Shown here one piece after another: positions 56,552 through 64,000 of a DNA stretch of 64,000 nucleotides. A program made the translations under genes and the position numbers. Origin of the DNA: an uncultured Fibrobacteria bacterium (lineage in GTDB: Bacteria; Fibrobacterota; Fibrobacteria; UBA11236); the NCBI GenBank assembly GCA_963716395.1, contig OY970309.1:1440001-1504000 (forward strand). Reading direction: 5' to 3'. Below the pieces are notes generated by a model, which made no database searches, had not been told where the DNA came from, and was given only the letters and a program-made list of their open reading frames with translations. The number at the start of each line of letters is the position of its first letter. Position 1 is the stretch's first letter.

Positions 56552-58461
56552 TTGTAGCTCCGCTGCGTGAGGTGCACATGATCGAAGGTCAAGGGCTCGG
56601 TATGTAACTCGGGAGTTCCCTTCGCACCTTTGAATTCCCAGGCCGCCACGTGGCAAAAGTGTTTGTCGTCGCGCAAGGCCTCGCCTTCGGGCGTCTGGAA
56701 CTCTTCGCGGAAATGCCCCCCGCAGGATTCGCGCCGGGTCAAGGCGTCGCGCACCAACAGTTCGCCGAATTCCAGAAAGTCGGCGATGCGGCCGGCTTCT
56801 TCGAGGTTTTGATTGAAGTCGCCCGTGCCGCCGGTCACGCGCACTTCGCGCCAGAAGCGCTCGCGAAGGTTGGGAATCTCGGCGAGCGCCTGTTTGAGGC
56901 CGGCTTCGTTGCGGGCCATGCCGCATTGGTTCCACAGCAGCTTGCCGAGTTCACGATGGAATTCCATGGGCGGCTTGTTTCCGTTTACGGCCAGCAGCTT
57001 GTCGAGCCGCTCCTTGACCGTGCGTTCGGCCTCGGCAAAAGCCGGGTGGTCGACGGTCGTTTTTTCCAGCTTGGTCGACCCGAGATAATGCCCCAGCGTG
57101 TAGGGGATCACGAAATATCCGTCGGCCAACCCCTGCATGAGCGCGCTGGCGCCGAGCCGGTTGGCACCGTGATCGGAGAAATTGGCTTCGCCCAGAACGT
57201 GCAGGCCCGGCACATTGCTCATGAGATTGTAGTCGACCCACAGTCCGCCCATGGCGTAATGCACGGCGGGAAAAATGCGCATGGGGGTTTCGTAAGGGTT
57301 CTCGGCCGTGATCTTGGCGTACATGTGGAAGAGGTTGCCGTACTTCTCGCGGATTTTGCCGGCTCCCAAACGGTGCACAGCGTCGGCGAAGTCGAGATAA
57401 ACGGCCAGGCCGCTTTGACCCACGCCCAGGCCCTGGTCGCAGACGGCTTTGGCGTTGCGCGAAGCCACGTCGCGGGGCACGAGGTTGCCGAAACTGGGGT
57501 ATTTCTCCTCGAGAAAGTAAAAGCGATCGGCTTCGGGGATTTGCGCCGGCGGCCGCCGGTCGTCGGCCCGGCGCGGCACCCACACCCGGCCGTCGTTGCG
57601 CAGGCTTTCGGACATGAGGGTCAACTTGCTCTGGTGATCGCCGCTGACCGGAATGCAGGTGGGATGGATTTGGGTGAAGCAGGGGTTCGCGAAGAACGCG
57701 CCGCGTTTGTGCGCGCGCCAAGTGGCGGTGACATTGCAGCCCACCGCATTGGTCGAGAGATAGAACACCCGGCCGTAGCCGCCCGTGGCCAGAATCACGG
57801 CGTCGGCCTCATGGCGTTCCAGCGCGCCGGTCAGGAGATTACGGGCGATGATGCCGCGCGCCCGTCCATCGATCACCACGAGATCGAGAAACTCGCGCCG
57901 CGTGTGCAACTGGATTCGGTGCAAGGCCACCTGTCGCATCATGCTTTGATAGGCGCCCAACAAGAGCTGCTGGCCGGTTTGGCCGCGGGCGTAGAAGGTG
58001 CGCGATACCTGCGCGCCGCCGAAAGAGCGGTTATCGAGCAGGCCGCCGTATTCGCGGGCGAAAGGCACCCCCTGCGCCACGCATTGGTCGATGATGGCCA
58101 CGCTGATTTCCGCCAGGCGGTAGACATTGGCTTCGCGGGCGCGGAAGTCGCCGCCCTTGACCGTGTCATAGAACAGGCGGTACACGCTGTCGCCGTCGTT
58201 GGGGTAATTCTTGGCCGCGTTGATGCCGCCCTGCGCCGCGATGCTGTGCGCGCGCCGGGGGCTGTCGTGAAAGGTGAAGGTGTGCACGTTGTAACCCAAC
58301 TCGGCCAAAGACGCCGACGCCGAAGCGCCGGCCAGGCCCGAGCCCACCACGATGATCTTGTGCTTGCGCTTGTTGGACGGATTCACCAGCTTCATGTGAA
58401 AGCGGTAGTCGGTCCACTTCTGTTCGATGGGGCCGGGCGGAATTTTCGAGTCCAGTATCAT
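56548..58461 (-). CDS. sdhA: succinate dehydrogenase/fumarate reductase flavoprotein subunit
   Basis: [21 protein letters not shown] (FAD-His), QIHPT, HYAMGG, HGANRLG, RESCGGH; start ATG 58461. Confidence 0.96.
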   Translation of the reverse strand: MILDSKIPPGPIEQKWTDYRFHMKLVNPSNKRKHKIIVVGSGLAGASASASLAELGYNVHTFTFHDSPRRAHSIAAQGGINAAKNYPNDGDSVYRLFYDTVKGGDFRAREANVYRLAEISVAIIDQCVAQGVPFAREYGGLLDNRSFGGAQVSRTFYARGQTGQQLLLGAYQSMMRQVALHRIQLHTRREFLDLVVIDGRARGIIARNLLTGALERHEADAVILATGGYGRVFYLSTNAVGCNVTATWRAHKRGAFFANPCFTQIHPTCIPVSGDHQSKLTLMSESLRNDGRVWVPRRADDRRPPAQIPEADRFYFLEEKYPSFGNLVPRDVASRNAKAVCDQGLGVGQSGLAVYLDFADAVHRLGAGKIREKYGNLFHMYAKITAENPYETPMRIFPAVHYAMGGLWVDYNLMSNVPGLHVLGEANFSDHGANRLGASALMQGLADGYFVIPYTLGHYLGSTKLEKTTVDHPAFAEAERTVKERLDKLLAVNGNKPPMEFHRELGKLLWNQCGMARNEAGLKQALAEIPNLRERFWREVRVTGGTGDFNQNLEEAGRIADFLEFGELLVRDALTRRESCGGHFREEFQTPEGEALRDDKHFCHVAAWEFKGAKGTPELHTEPLTFDHVHLTQRSYK

Positions 58462-58466
58462 GTCGG

Positions 58467-59150
58467 TTACCCTTGGGCGTGGAAATGAGCCCACACGGCC
58501 AGGGCTGCGAAGCCTGCGCAAATCACGACGGCATAGGCCTTGGCCGCGAGCTGCACCGCCGTCTGATATTTGGGGTGGTTCCATCCCAGGCTCTGCAAGC
58601 TGCTTTGCACGCCGTGGGCCAGGTGGGTAAAAAGCACCACGAAGCTGGCCACGTAGAACAAGGTGAACCACCAATGCCCGAAGGCCCGCATGGCCGCGCC
58701 GTAGAGATCGCGCATTTCCACCCCGTCCTGGACGACGGTGCCGACGCCCCAGTAGGCGCCGAAGCGAAAATGCGGAACATGCACCAGCAGGAAGATGAGC
58801 AGCCACACACCGCTGACCATCATGTAGCGCGAAAAGGGCGTGCGGCCCGACTTGGAAGCCGCAACCGCATAGCGCGGGCCGCGCGCGGCACGGTTCTCGG
58901 CAGTCAATTGGAACGACAGCCCGAGGTGGATGAGGAAGGCGGCCAGCAAGGTGCACTCGATGGGCACGATGATTTCGCGCAGGGTGTGCAGCAGCAAATA
59001 GCCGTAGGCGTTGAAATGTTCGGCGCCGGCCAGCATGCCCAGGTTGCCGGCGAGGTGGACGAGCAGGAAAAAGTAGAGGTAAATGCCGGTTAAGCCCATC
59101 ACCTGCTTTCTCCCCACGGAGGAGCGCAGATACCTGGCCGTTGAATTCAT
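58467..59150 (-). CDS. sdhC: succinate dehydrogenase cytochrome b subunit (b558 family)
   Basis: [13 protein letters not shown], five TM helices with heme His residues (HLAGN, IHL, VHVPH, HLAHG..S.LQSLG). Confidence 0.92.
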   Translation of the reverse strand: MNSTARYLRSSVGRKQVMGLTGIYLYFFLLVHLAGNLGMLAGAEHFNAYGYLLLHTLREIIVPIECTLLAAFLIHLGLSFQLTAENRAARGPRYAVAASKSGRTPFSRYMMVSGVWLLIFLLVHVPHFRFGAYWGVGTVVQDGVEMRDLYGAAMRAFGHWWFTLFYVASFVVLFTHLAHGVQSSLQSLGWNHPKYQTAVQLAAKAYAVVICAGFAALAVWAHFHAQG

Positions 59151-59363
59151 CGCCAAGCCTTTCGGGTCCAGAAGATGATCAGAAGTCGGGGAAAAAATAG
59201 CTCAAGAAGCCGCTCTCTTGACGCGATTTAGCTTGAGCCGTCCTTCGCCCGCAGGCTTCAGCTCGGCGAATCGGGTTCGATTTGGAAAAACCGCGGCGAA
59301 ATGTCCTTTTGGCAGAAAGTCAGCAAAGTTTGCCAAGTCAGAAAATGGTTGCGCGCCGCCCCA

Positions 59364-61367
59364 TCAGCGGGCCGGGCGCGGTTTGAGCCCCATGGCGTAT
59401 GCCAGAAACTGAGCTTCGATGGCATCGACCTGTAAGGCGCGGCTTTCGAGGCGCGCCGCATGCCCCACGCCTGACATCAGGAACAGCCAGGACTCGGTTG
59501 GATTTTTCGCCAGGGCCACGAACATTTTTTCGGATTGATCCACGGGTACGCGCGGGTCATCGCGGCCATGGACGAGCAAAAGCGGAGCCCGGATGCGGTC
59601 GGCATGGGTCAAGGGCGAGATCGAATCGAGAAAGGCGCGCATGGCCGGGTCGCGTTCGTCGCCATATTCCACCCGCCGCAAATCGCGGCGATAACCGGCC
59701 GTACCTTCCAGGAAAGACGCGAAGTCGGAAATGCCGGAGACGCTCACACCGGCCGCCAGGCGCGTTCCGAAATGGGTCAAAGCCGACAAGGCCATGAAGC
59801 CGCCGTAGGAACGGCCCAGCACGGCCACCCGGTGCGCATCCAAAACCGAATCGCGCGCCACGGCGGCGAGCAAAGCGCCGAGATCGCGCACGGCCCCCTC
59901 GCGGCCGCGGCCGTTGTCGAGGCCTTCGTAGCTGCGGCCATAGCCCGTCGACCCGCGCACATTGGGCCGGATCACGGCCAAGCCCAACTCTTGCACGCAA
60001 AAGGCGACGAAGGCATCGTAACCCGGACGTTCCTGCAATTCGGGACCGCCGTGGATTTGGATCAGCACCGGATGCGGGGCCGGCCACCGGGCCGGAGGCA
60101 GAAGAATGCGCGCCGGAATTCGCCGCGGTTTGTCGCCGACGCTGTCAAAAGTGGGGTAGCTGAAATCGCGCGACGCGGGAAATTCGGGTTGGGGGTCGGG
60201 CCCAAAATCGGCCTGGGCCCAACGCCGGGCTCGACTGCCGGTGAGGGCGTAAACCTCTCCAGGCGAAGAGGGACGGACGACGAATACCGCCGCCGAAGCG
60301 TAACCGGGGCGATACGCTCCGGGCCAAATTACGCCCACGGGTAAACCCGCAATCGGCCGGGGTTGTGCCGCGCCACCCGGTTTCAGCCGCCACAAACGGC
60401 TGACGCCGTCGCTATCCACGGCGTAGAGAATTCCACGGCCATCGGGTTCGGGCAGGGCCCATTCCACGTCGGCATTCAGTGCAGGTGACAGCGGCGTCGG
60501 CACGGCCTGGCCCGCAACGGTGCGGTACAGGCGCTGGAATTCACCGCCGCGATCCGAGATAAAGGCCACCACCGTTCTGCCGCCCACGGGCCGCAAATAG
60601 AAAGCGTCGCCGAAGCTTTGCGGCCCCGCATGCGGAAGAATTTGGGTAATGGTTGAATCCATCAGGGATAGTTCCCACAAGGTGCTGCGCGCCGCCGACA
60701 CGTCGTTGCGCAAGAGCAATTTGTGATCATCGGCGCTGAAATCCACCGGAGTCCAGGCCCCGGGATGATGCCAGACGAGCCGATCGGCATCGGGCCACGC
60801 GCCCAGGCGCACGTCGTAATCGGAGCGGCCGGCCGGGTTGTGGGAATACGCAAAATACCGTCCGTCGCGGCTCCACAAAACATCGGTGACGCGGCCCGGC
60901 GGCGCGGGCCAGGGATTTTTCTCGCCCGTGTCCCAGCGGAAAAGCGACAACCGGTACTCTTCGTCGCCCCCGACGTCGCGCGTCAAAAGCGCGGCATGCC
61001 GCGCGGGATCGGGGCAAACGTGAAAGCGGTCGACCCGGTCGGTGAAATGCGAAAGCTGCCGCGGTTTCGCTCCCGCCCGGGGCAATAGGAACAGTTGCGG
61101 CCAATCGCCCACGCGCATGGCCACCAGCATGCCCTGCGAAGCCCAACCCGCAAAACCCACGCCGCGCGCCGCTGCATAGGGTTCGAGCCGTTTCACCCAA
61201 ACCGAGTCAAGTTCGACGCCCAGGTTGGCCGGATGGGTACGCAGCGTGTAATCCGATGCCGGAGTGGCTGCCGAAATCGCCGGGGCGCATACCATCGACC
61301 AGGCCAATGGCAGTGCCGCGATTTTTACAATCATTCCGCGGCGAAGTTTCAGGGTGGTTCTCGTCAT
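59364..61367 (-). CDS. S9 family prolyl oligopeptidase / acylaminoacyl peptidase
   Basis: Signal peptide, beta-propeller, IHGGP, PNVRGSTGYG, nucleophile GRSYGG, DPRVP, GH. Confidence 0.9.
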   Translation of the reverse strand: MTRTTLKLRRGMIVKIAALPLAWSMVCAPAISAATPASDYTLRTHPANLGVELDSVWVKRLEPYAAARGVGFAGWASQGMLVAMRVGDWPQLFLLPRAGAKPRQLSHFTDRVDRFHVCPDPARHAALLTRDVGGDEEYRLSLFRWDTGEKNPWPAPPGRVTDVLWSRDGRYFAYSHNPAGRSDYDVRLGAWPDADRLVWHHPGAWTPVDFSADDHKLLLRNDVSAARSTLWELSLMDSTITQILPHAGPQSFGDAFYLRPVGGRTVVAFISDRGGEFQRLYRTVAGQAVPTPLSPALNADVEWALPEPDGRGILYAVDSDGVSRLWRLKPGGAAQPRPIAGLPVGVIWPGAYRPGYASAAVFVVRPSSPGEVYALTGSRARRWAQADFGPDPQPEFPASRDFSYPTFDSVGDKPRRIPARILLPPARWPAPHPVLIQIHGGPELQERPGYDAFVAFCVQELGLAVIRPNVRGSTGYGRSYEGLDNGRGREGAVRDLGALLAAVARDSVLDAHRVAVLGRSYGGFMALSALTHFGTRLAAGVSVSGISDFASFLEGTAGYRRDLRRVEYGDERDPAMRAFLDSISPLTHADRIRAPLLLVHGRDDPRVPVDQSEKMFVALAKNPTESWLFLMSGVGHAARLESRALQVDAIEAQFLAYAMGLKPRPAR

Positions 61368-61478
61368 CGCATTCCGGCCCCGCCGGGCGAAAGGGAAAAT
61401 ACCATGGCGGAAAGTAACATTCGAGTTACTTATCCGGCCCGCGAAGGCGCCGTCACCGATGGCGGCGTCACTCTGCGA

Positions 61479-62951
61479 TTATTCTTCGGCTTTGAGCCCG
61501 TAGCGCGCCAGTTTGTTGTGCAAGCCCTGCCGCGACAGGCCGAGCAGTCGCGCGGTTTGCGAGATGTTGCCGCCGGCGGTGTGCAAGGCCTGCTGAATCC
61601 AGGCGCGTTCGAGTTGGGCCACGGCGTCATCCAGGCTGATGCCGGCGGCCAAATCGGCGGTTAATGGCGGCGCCGAAACCGCGGGCGCAGCGGCCGACCC
61701 CGCAGCCTGCGCGGCGCGCCGCCGCATGCGTTCGGGCCAATGCTCCGGCAGCAGGGTATCGGCGCCGTTACCCACGACGAGGGCGTGCTCCACGGCGTTC
61801 TCGAGTTCGCGTACATTGCCGGGAAACGGATAGGCGGCCGCGGCGGCCATGGCCTCGGGGGCCACCGCCGGAACCGGCCTCCCGAATTTTTTCGCCTTGG
61901 CGGTGAGAAAGTGGGCCACGAGCAGGGGGATGTCGCCTTGGCGTTCGCGCAGCGGCGGCACCGCCACGGGCACCACGCTCAGGCGGTAAAACAGATCTTC
62001 GCGAAAGGTCTTCTCGGCCACCATGGCTTCGAGATCGCGGTGCGTGGCCGCGATTACGCGCACGTCGACCTTGCGCTCGCTGCGCGCGCCCACGGGCGTG
62101 ACCACGCCTTCCTGCAAAAAGCGCAGGAGCCGCGCTTGCATGGAAAGGGACATGTCGCCCACTTCGTCAAGAAACAGGGTACCGCCGTGGGCCGTTTCGA
62201 GAATGCCGGTGCGGTTGTCGATGGCATGGGTGAAGGCGCCTTTGACGTGGCCGAACAATTCGCTTTCGAGAATCGAATCGGGCAACGCGGCGCAGTTCTG
62301 GGCCACGAAGGGCTTGTGCCGGCGCGGGCCGCCGAAATGCAGGGCTCGGGCGCACAACTCCTTGCCCGTGCCGCTTTCGCCCAAAAGGAGCACGGTGGTT
62401 TGCGTGGGCAGCAGGGCTTGCAGGCCGCGCTGCAAAGCCTGCATGGCCGGCGACGCGCCGACGAGGCCGCGAAAGGCTTCGTGTTCGCGGATGCGGTCGC
62501 CCTGCAAATCGAGGTTCTCGCGTTCGAGAAATCGATTGCGCGACTGGAGCTCCGCTTCGAGCCGTTGGTTCTCGCGCAAGAGCCGGAACATTTCCGCGCC
62601 CTGGCGCACCACGTTTTCGAGCTGCAGCGGCTCCCAGGGCTTGGCCAGAAAATGGTGGATGCCGCCGTCGTTCACCGCCGCCACCAGCGAGTCGAAGTCG
62701 GAATAGCCGGTGAGCAGAATGCGCGAGGTGTCGGGGGATTGCCGCCGCACCCAGGCCAGAAATTCGGCGCCCGATTCGCCGGGCATGCGCTGATCCGAAA
62801 TCACACAGGCGATGTTCCGATCGGCGAACAGGGGGCGCGCCTCGGCCGCGCTTTTGGCCGGGAGACATTCGTAGGTGTCTTCCAAAGCCCGTTCCAGGCT
62901 CGACAGAATGGCGGCTTCATCGTCGACTAGGAGAATCGTGGGGCGGGTCAT
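61479..62951 (-). CDS. sigma-54-dependent (NtrC-family) response regulator: REC-AAA+-HTH
   Basis: LLVDDE, SDQRMP, KPW; GESGTGKE, ESELFGH, LFLDEVG, FREDLFYRL, FPGNVRELEN; Fis-like HTH; GAFTGA loop reads GAFTHA. Confidence 0.93.
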   Translation of the reverse strand: MTRPTILLVDDEAAILSSLERALEDTYECLPAKSAAEARPLFADRNIACVISDQRMPGESGAEFLAWVRRQSPDTSRILLTGYSDFDSLVAAVNDGGIHHFLAKPWEPLQLENVVRQGAEMFRLLRENQRLEAELQSRNRFLERENLDLQGDRIREHEAFRGLVGASPAMQALQRGLQALLPTQTTVLLLGESGTGKELCARALHFGGPRRHKPFVAQNCAALPDSILESELFGHVKGAFTHAIDNRTGILETAHGGTLFLDEVGDMSLSMQARLLRFLQEGVVTPVGARSERKVDVRVIAATHRDLEAMVAEKTFREDLFYRLSVVPVAVPPLRERQGDIPLLVAHFLTAKAKKFGRPVPAVAPEAMAAAAAYPFPGNVRELENAVEHALVVGNGADTLLPEHWPERMRRRAAQAAGSAAAPAVSAPPLTADLAAGISLDDAVAQLERAWIQQALHTAGGNISQTARLLGLSRQGLHNKLARYGLKAEE

Positions 62952-63415
62952 ATCTTCCAATCATGGCCGCAATTTTGACAATGCAGGGTCGCGCGCAAAC
63001 CGAACAGCCGGAAGAGCAGGCGTTTCCAGGCGGGGCCGCGCAACGGTTCGCGGCGGACGTCTTTGGAGTGGCAACGAAAGCAGTACGGCGTGGCGGGCGT
63101 GATTTCGCTTTGCGGATCGAAGGCCGCGGCCCCCGCGGGCTGATCCGATTCCAAAACACTACGCGCGAGGTTGAAGTCTCCGGATCGCACCATGAGGCGA
63201 ATGCCGCCCACCGCGTCGGAATAAAACGATCCCATGATTTCATCGTAAATCTTGGACGCGATTCCGTTTTCGTCCAGGCGGCGCTTTCCCAATTCGGCCA
63301 GGGCGCGGTTGGAATAGCTCTCGACCCGCACCCAGGCGCCTTCATCTTCGGAGGGTTCGGAATGGGGAAGGATCATAGGCTGGGTTTTCCAATCCGTAGG
63401 AAGGCGCGGGTTCAA
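62948..63415 (-). CDS. DUF2007 (putative signal-transducing) domain protein with C-terminal zinc ribbon
   Basis: AELGKRRLDENGI...GGIRLMV...A; CFRC and CQNC motifs. Confidence 0.75.
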   Translation of the reverse strand: MNPRLPTDWKTQPMILPHSEPSEDEGAWVRVESYSNRALAELGKRRLDENGIASKIYDEIMGSFYSDAVGGIRLMVRSGDFNLARSVLESDQPAGAAAFDPQSEITPATPYCFRCHSKDVRREPLRGPAWKRLLFRLFGLRATLHCQNCGHDWKI

Positions 63416-64000
63416 ACCGCGCAGCGTTTGAGGTCGAAATTTCCCAGCACGATATGGTCCGACCCGTACTTTACCGTGCGGATCAAGGCCTGGGCCAGCA
63501 CCTCGACGCGGATCATGCCGGCGGGATACAACCGCTCCATCAAGGGATACCAGGGGATGAGCATTTTTTCGAACCAGGCCGCGTTGGCTTTTTTGCCCCG
63601 GGGAATGATGCCGCCGGGCCGGGCGATGAACAAATGCCGGAACGGCATGGCGCGCAGTGCATTCTCGGCCCGGCCTTTGACGCGGGCGAAGCGCACGCGG
63701 CTTTTTTCCTGGGGATCGGCGCCCATGCCGCTGAGAAACAAAAAGGCGATGTCGGGATGGGCGGCCAGCATGGCCTGGGCCGCGCGCACCACGAAGTCGT
63801 ATGTGATTTTTTCATACTCGTCTTGGGAAACCTGCGATTGCGAAATGCCCAGGCACCAGATGCAGGCATCGTGGTTTTGGAACAGCGCTTCCAGCCCGGA
63901 ATAATCGGTGAAATCCGCATGCAGCACGGTTGTGAGTTTGGGAAAATTCAGGTTCAGCGGGCGGCGCACCAAGGCTGTGATTTGCGTGATGTCGCGATCG
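63412..64000 (-). CDS. NAD(P)-binding Rossmann protein (epimerase/TIP30-like); start lies beyond the window
   Basis: Frame open to the window edge (DRDITQITALVRRP); DACIWCLG, FLSGMGAD, ARVKGRAEN, RPG. Confidence 0.8.
   Translation of the reverse strand, partial: DRDITQITALVRRPLNLNFPKLTTVLHADFTDYSGLEALFQNHDACIWCLGISQSQVSQDEYEKITYDFVVRAAQAMLAAHPDIAFLFLSGMGADPQEKSRVRFARVKGRAENALRAMPFRHLFIARPGGIIPRGKKANAAWFEKMLIPWYPLMERLYPAGMIRVEVLAQALIRTVKYGSDHIVLGNFDLKRCAV

Noticed and set aside
56650-58488. Long antisense or alternate-frame ORFs (e.g. 612 aa opposite sdhA, 512 aa opposite tex, 490 aa over nuoN, 400 aa opposite nuoD)
   Set aside because: They are shadows of high-GC codon bias over well-supported genes, with no recognisable motifs.
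5279-58956. Extended N-termini given by the ORF track for nuoL, nuoC, nuoB, tex, the Mur ligase, purM, sdhA and sdhB
   Set aside because: The extensions overlap upstream genes or promoters. Downstream starts give family-typical N-termini and stop/start coupling, SD or -10 support.
59309-59336. Possible sigma-54 promoter or TTGGCA...TGCCAA inverted repeat upstream of sdhC
   Set aside because: In the sdh direction the GG-GC spacing is 8 nt rather than 10. The correctly spaced match is on the other strand, lacks TTGC and points into a gene end.
1-64000. CRISPR arrays, IS elements, prophage genes, rRNA
   Set aside because: No regularly spaced repeats, transposase/integrase/phage motifs or rRNA-like sequence were seen.

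Overview
GC-rich (roughly 60-65% by eye) bacterial chromosomal segment, most consistent with an FCB-group organism, probably Fibrobacterota. This is an inference from three proteins with Por/T9SS-like C-terminal sorting domains, a Bacteroidetes-style short SigA/RpoD, a Bacteroidetes-type PurM and a bS22/AURKAIP1-type small ribosomal protein. Most of the window is core genome: SpoIID-def-yajC, tRNA-Arg(TCT), a complete 14-gene nuoA-N operon, hemF, lgt, a sigma-70 factor, tex, recD2, ssb, purM, sdhCAB and a sigma-54-type response regulator. Peptidoglycan-recycling genes (MurC/Mpl-like, AmgK-like, MurU-like, NamZ) flank a lower-GC surface-glycan block (FkbM, GT4s, UPF0104 flippase-like, NDP-sugar C-methyltransferase, YfhO). 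I found no integrase, transposase, CRISPR array or reverse transcriptase. Most notable observations: (1) an intact MNT-HEPN toxin-antitoxin pair seamlessly coupled inside the complex I operon between nuoG and nuoH; (2) a recurring TANNNT-6/7 nt-start codon architecture suggesting widespread leaderless mRNAs; (3) a structured, anti-Shine-Dalgarno-rich RNA element in the sigma-factor 3' region; (4) a near-standalone secretion-signal (CTD) protein coupled to a CTD-less FGE/C-lectin-fold protein; (5) a 31-aa bS22-like gene missed by the ORF track. All family assignments come from motif recognition by eye, not from database searches.
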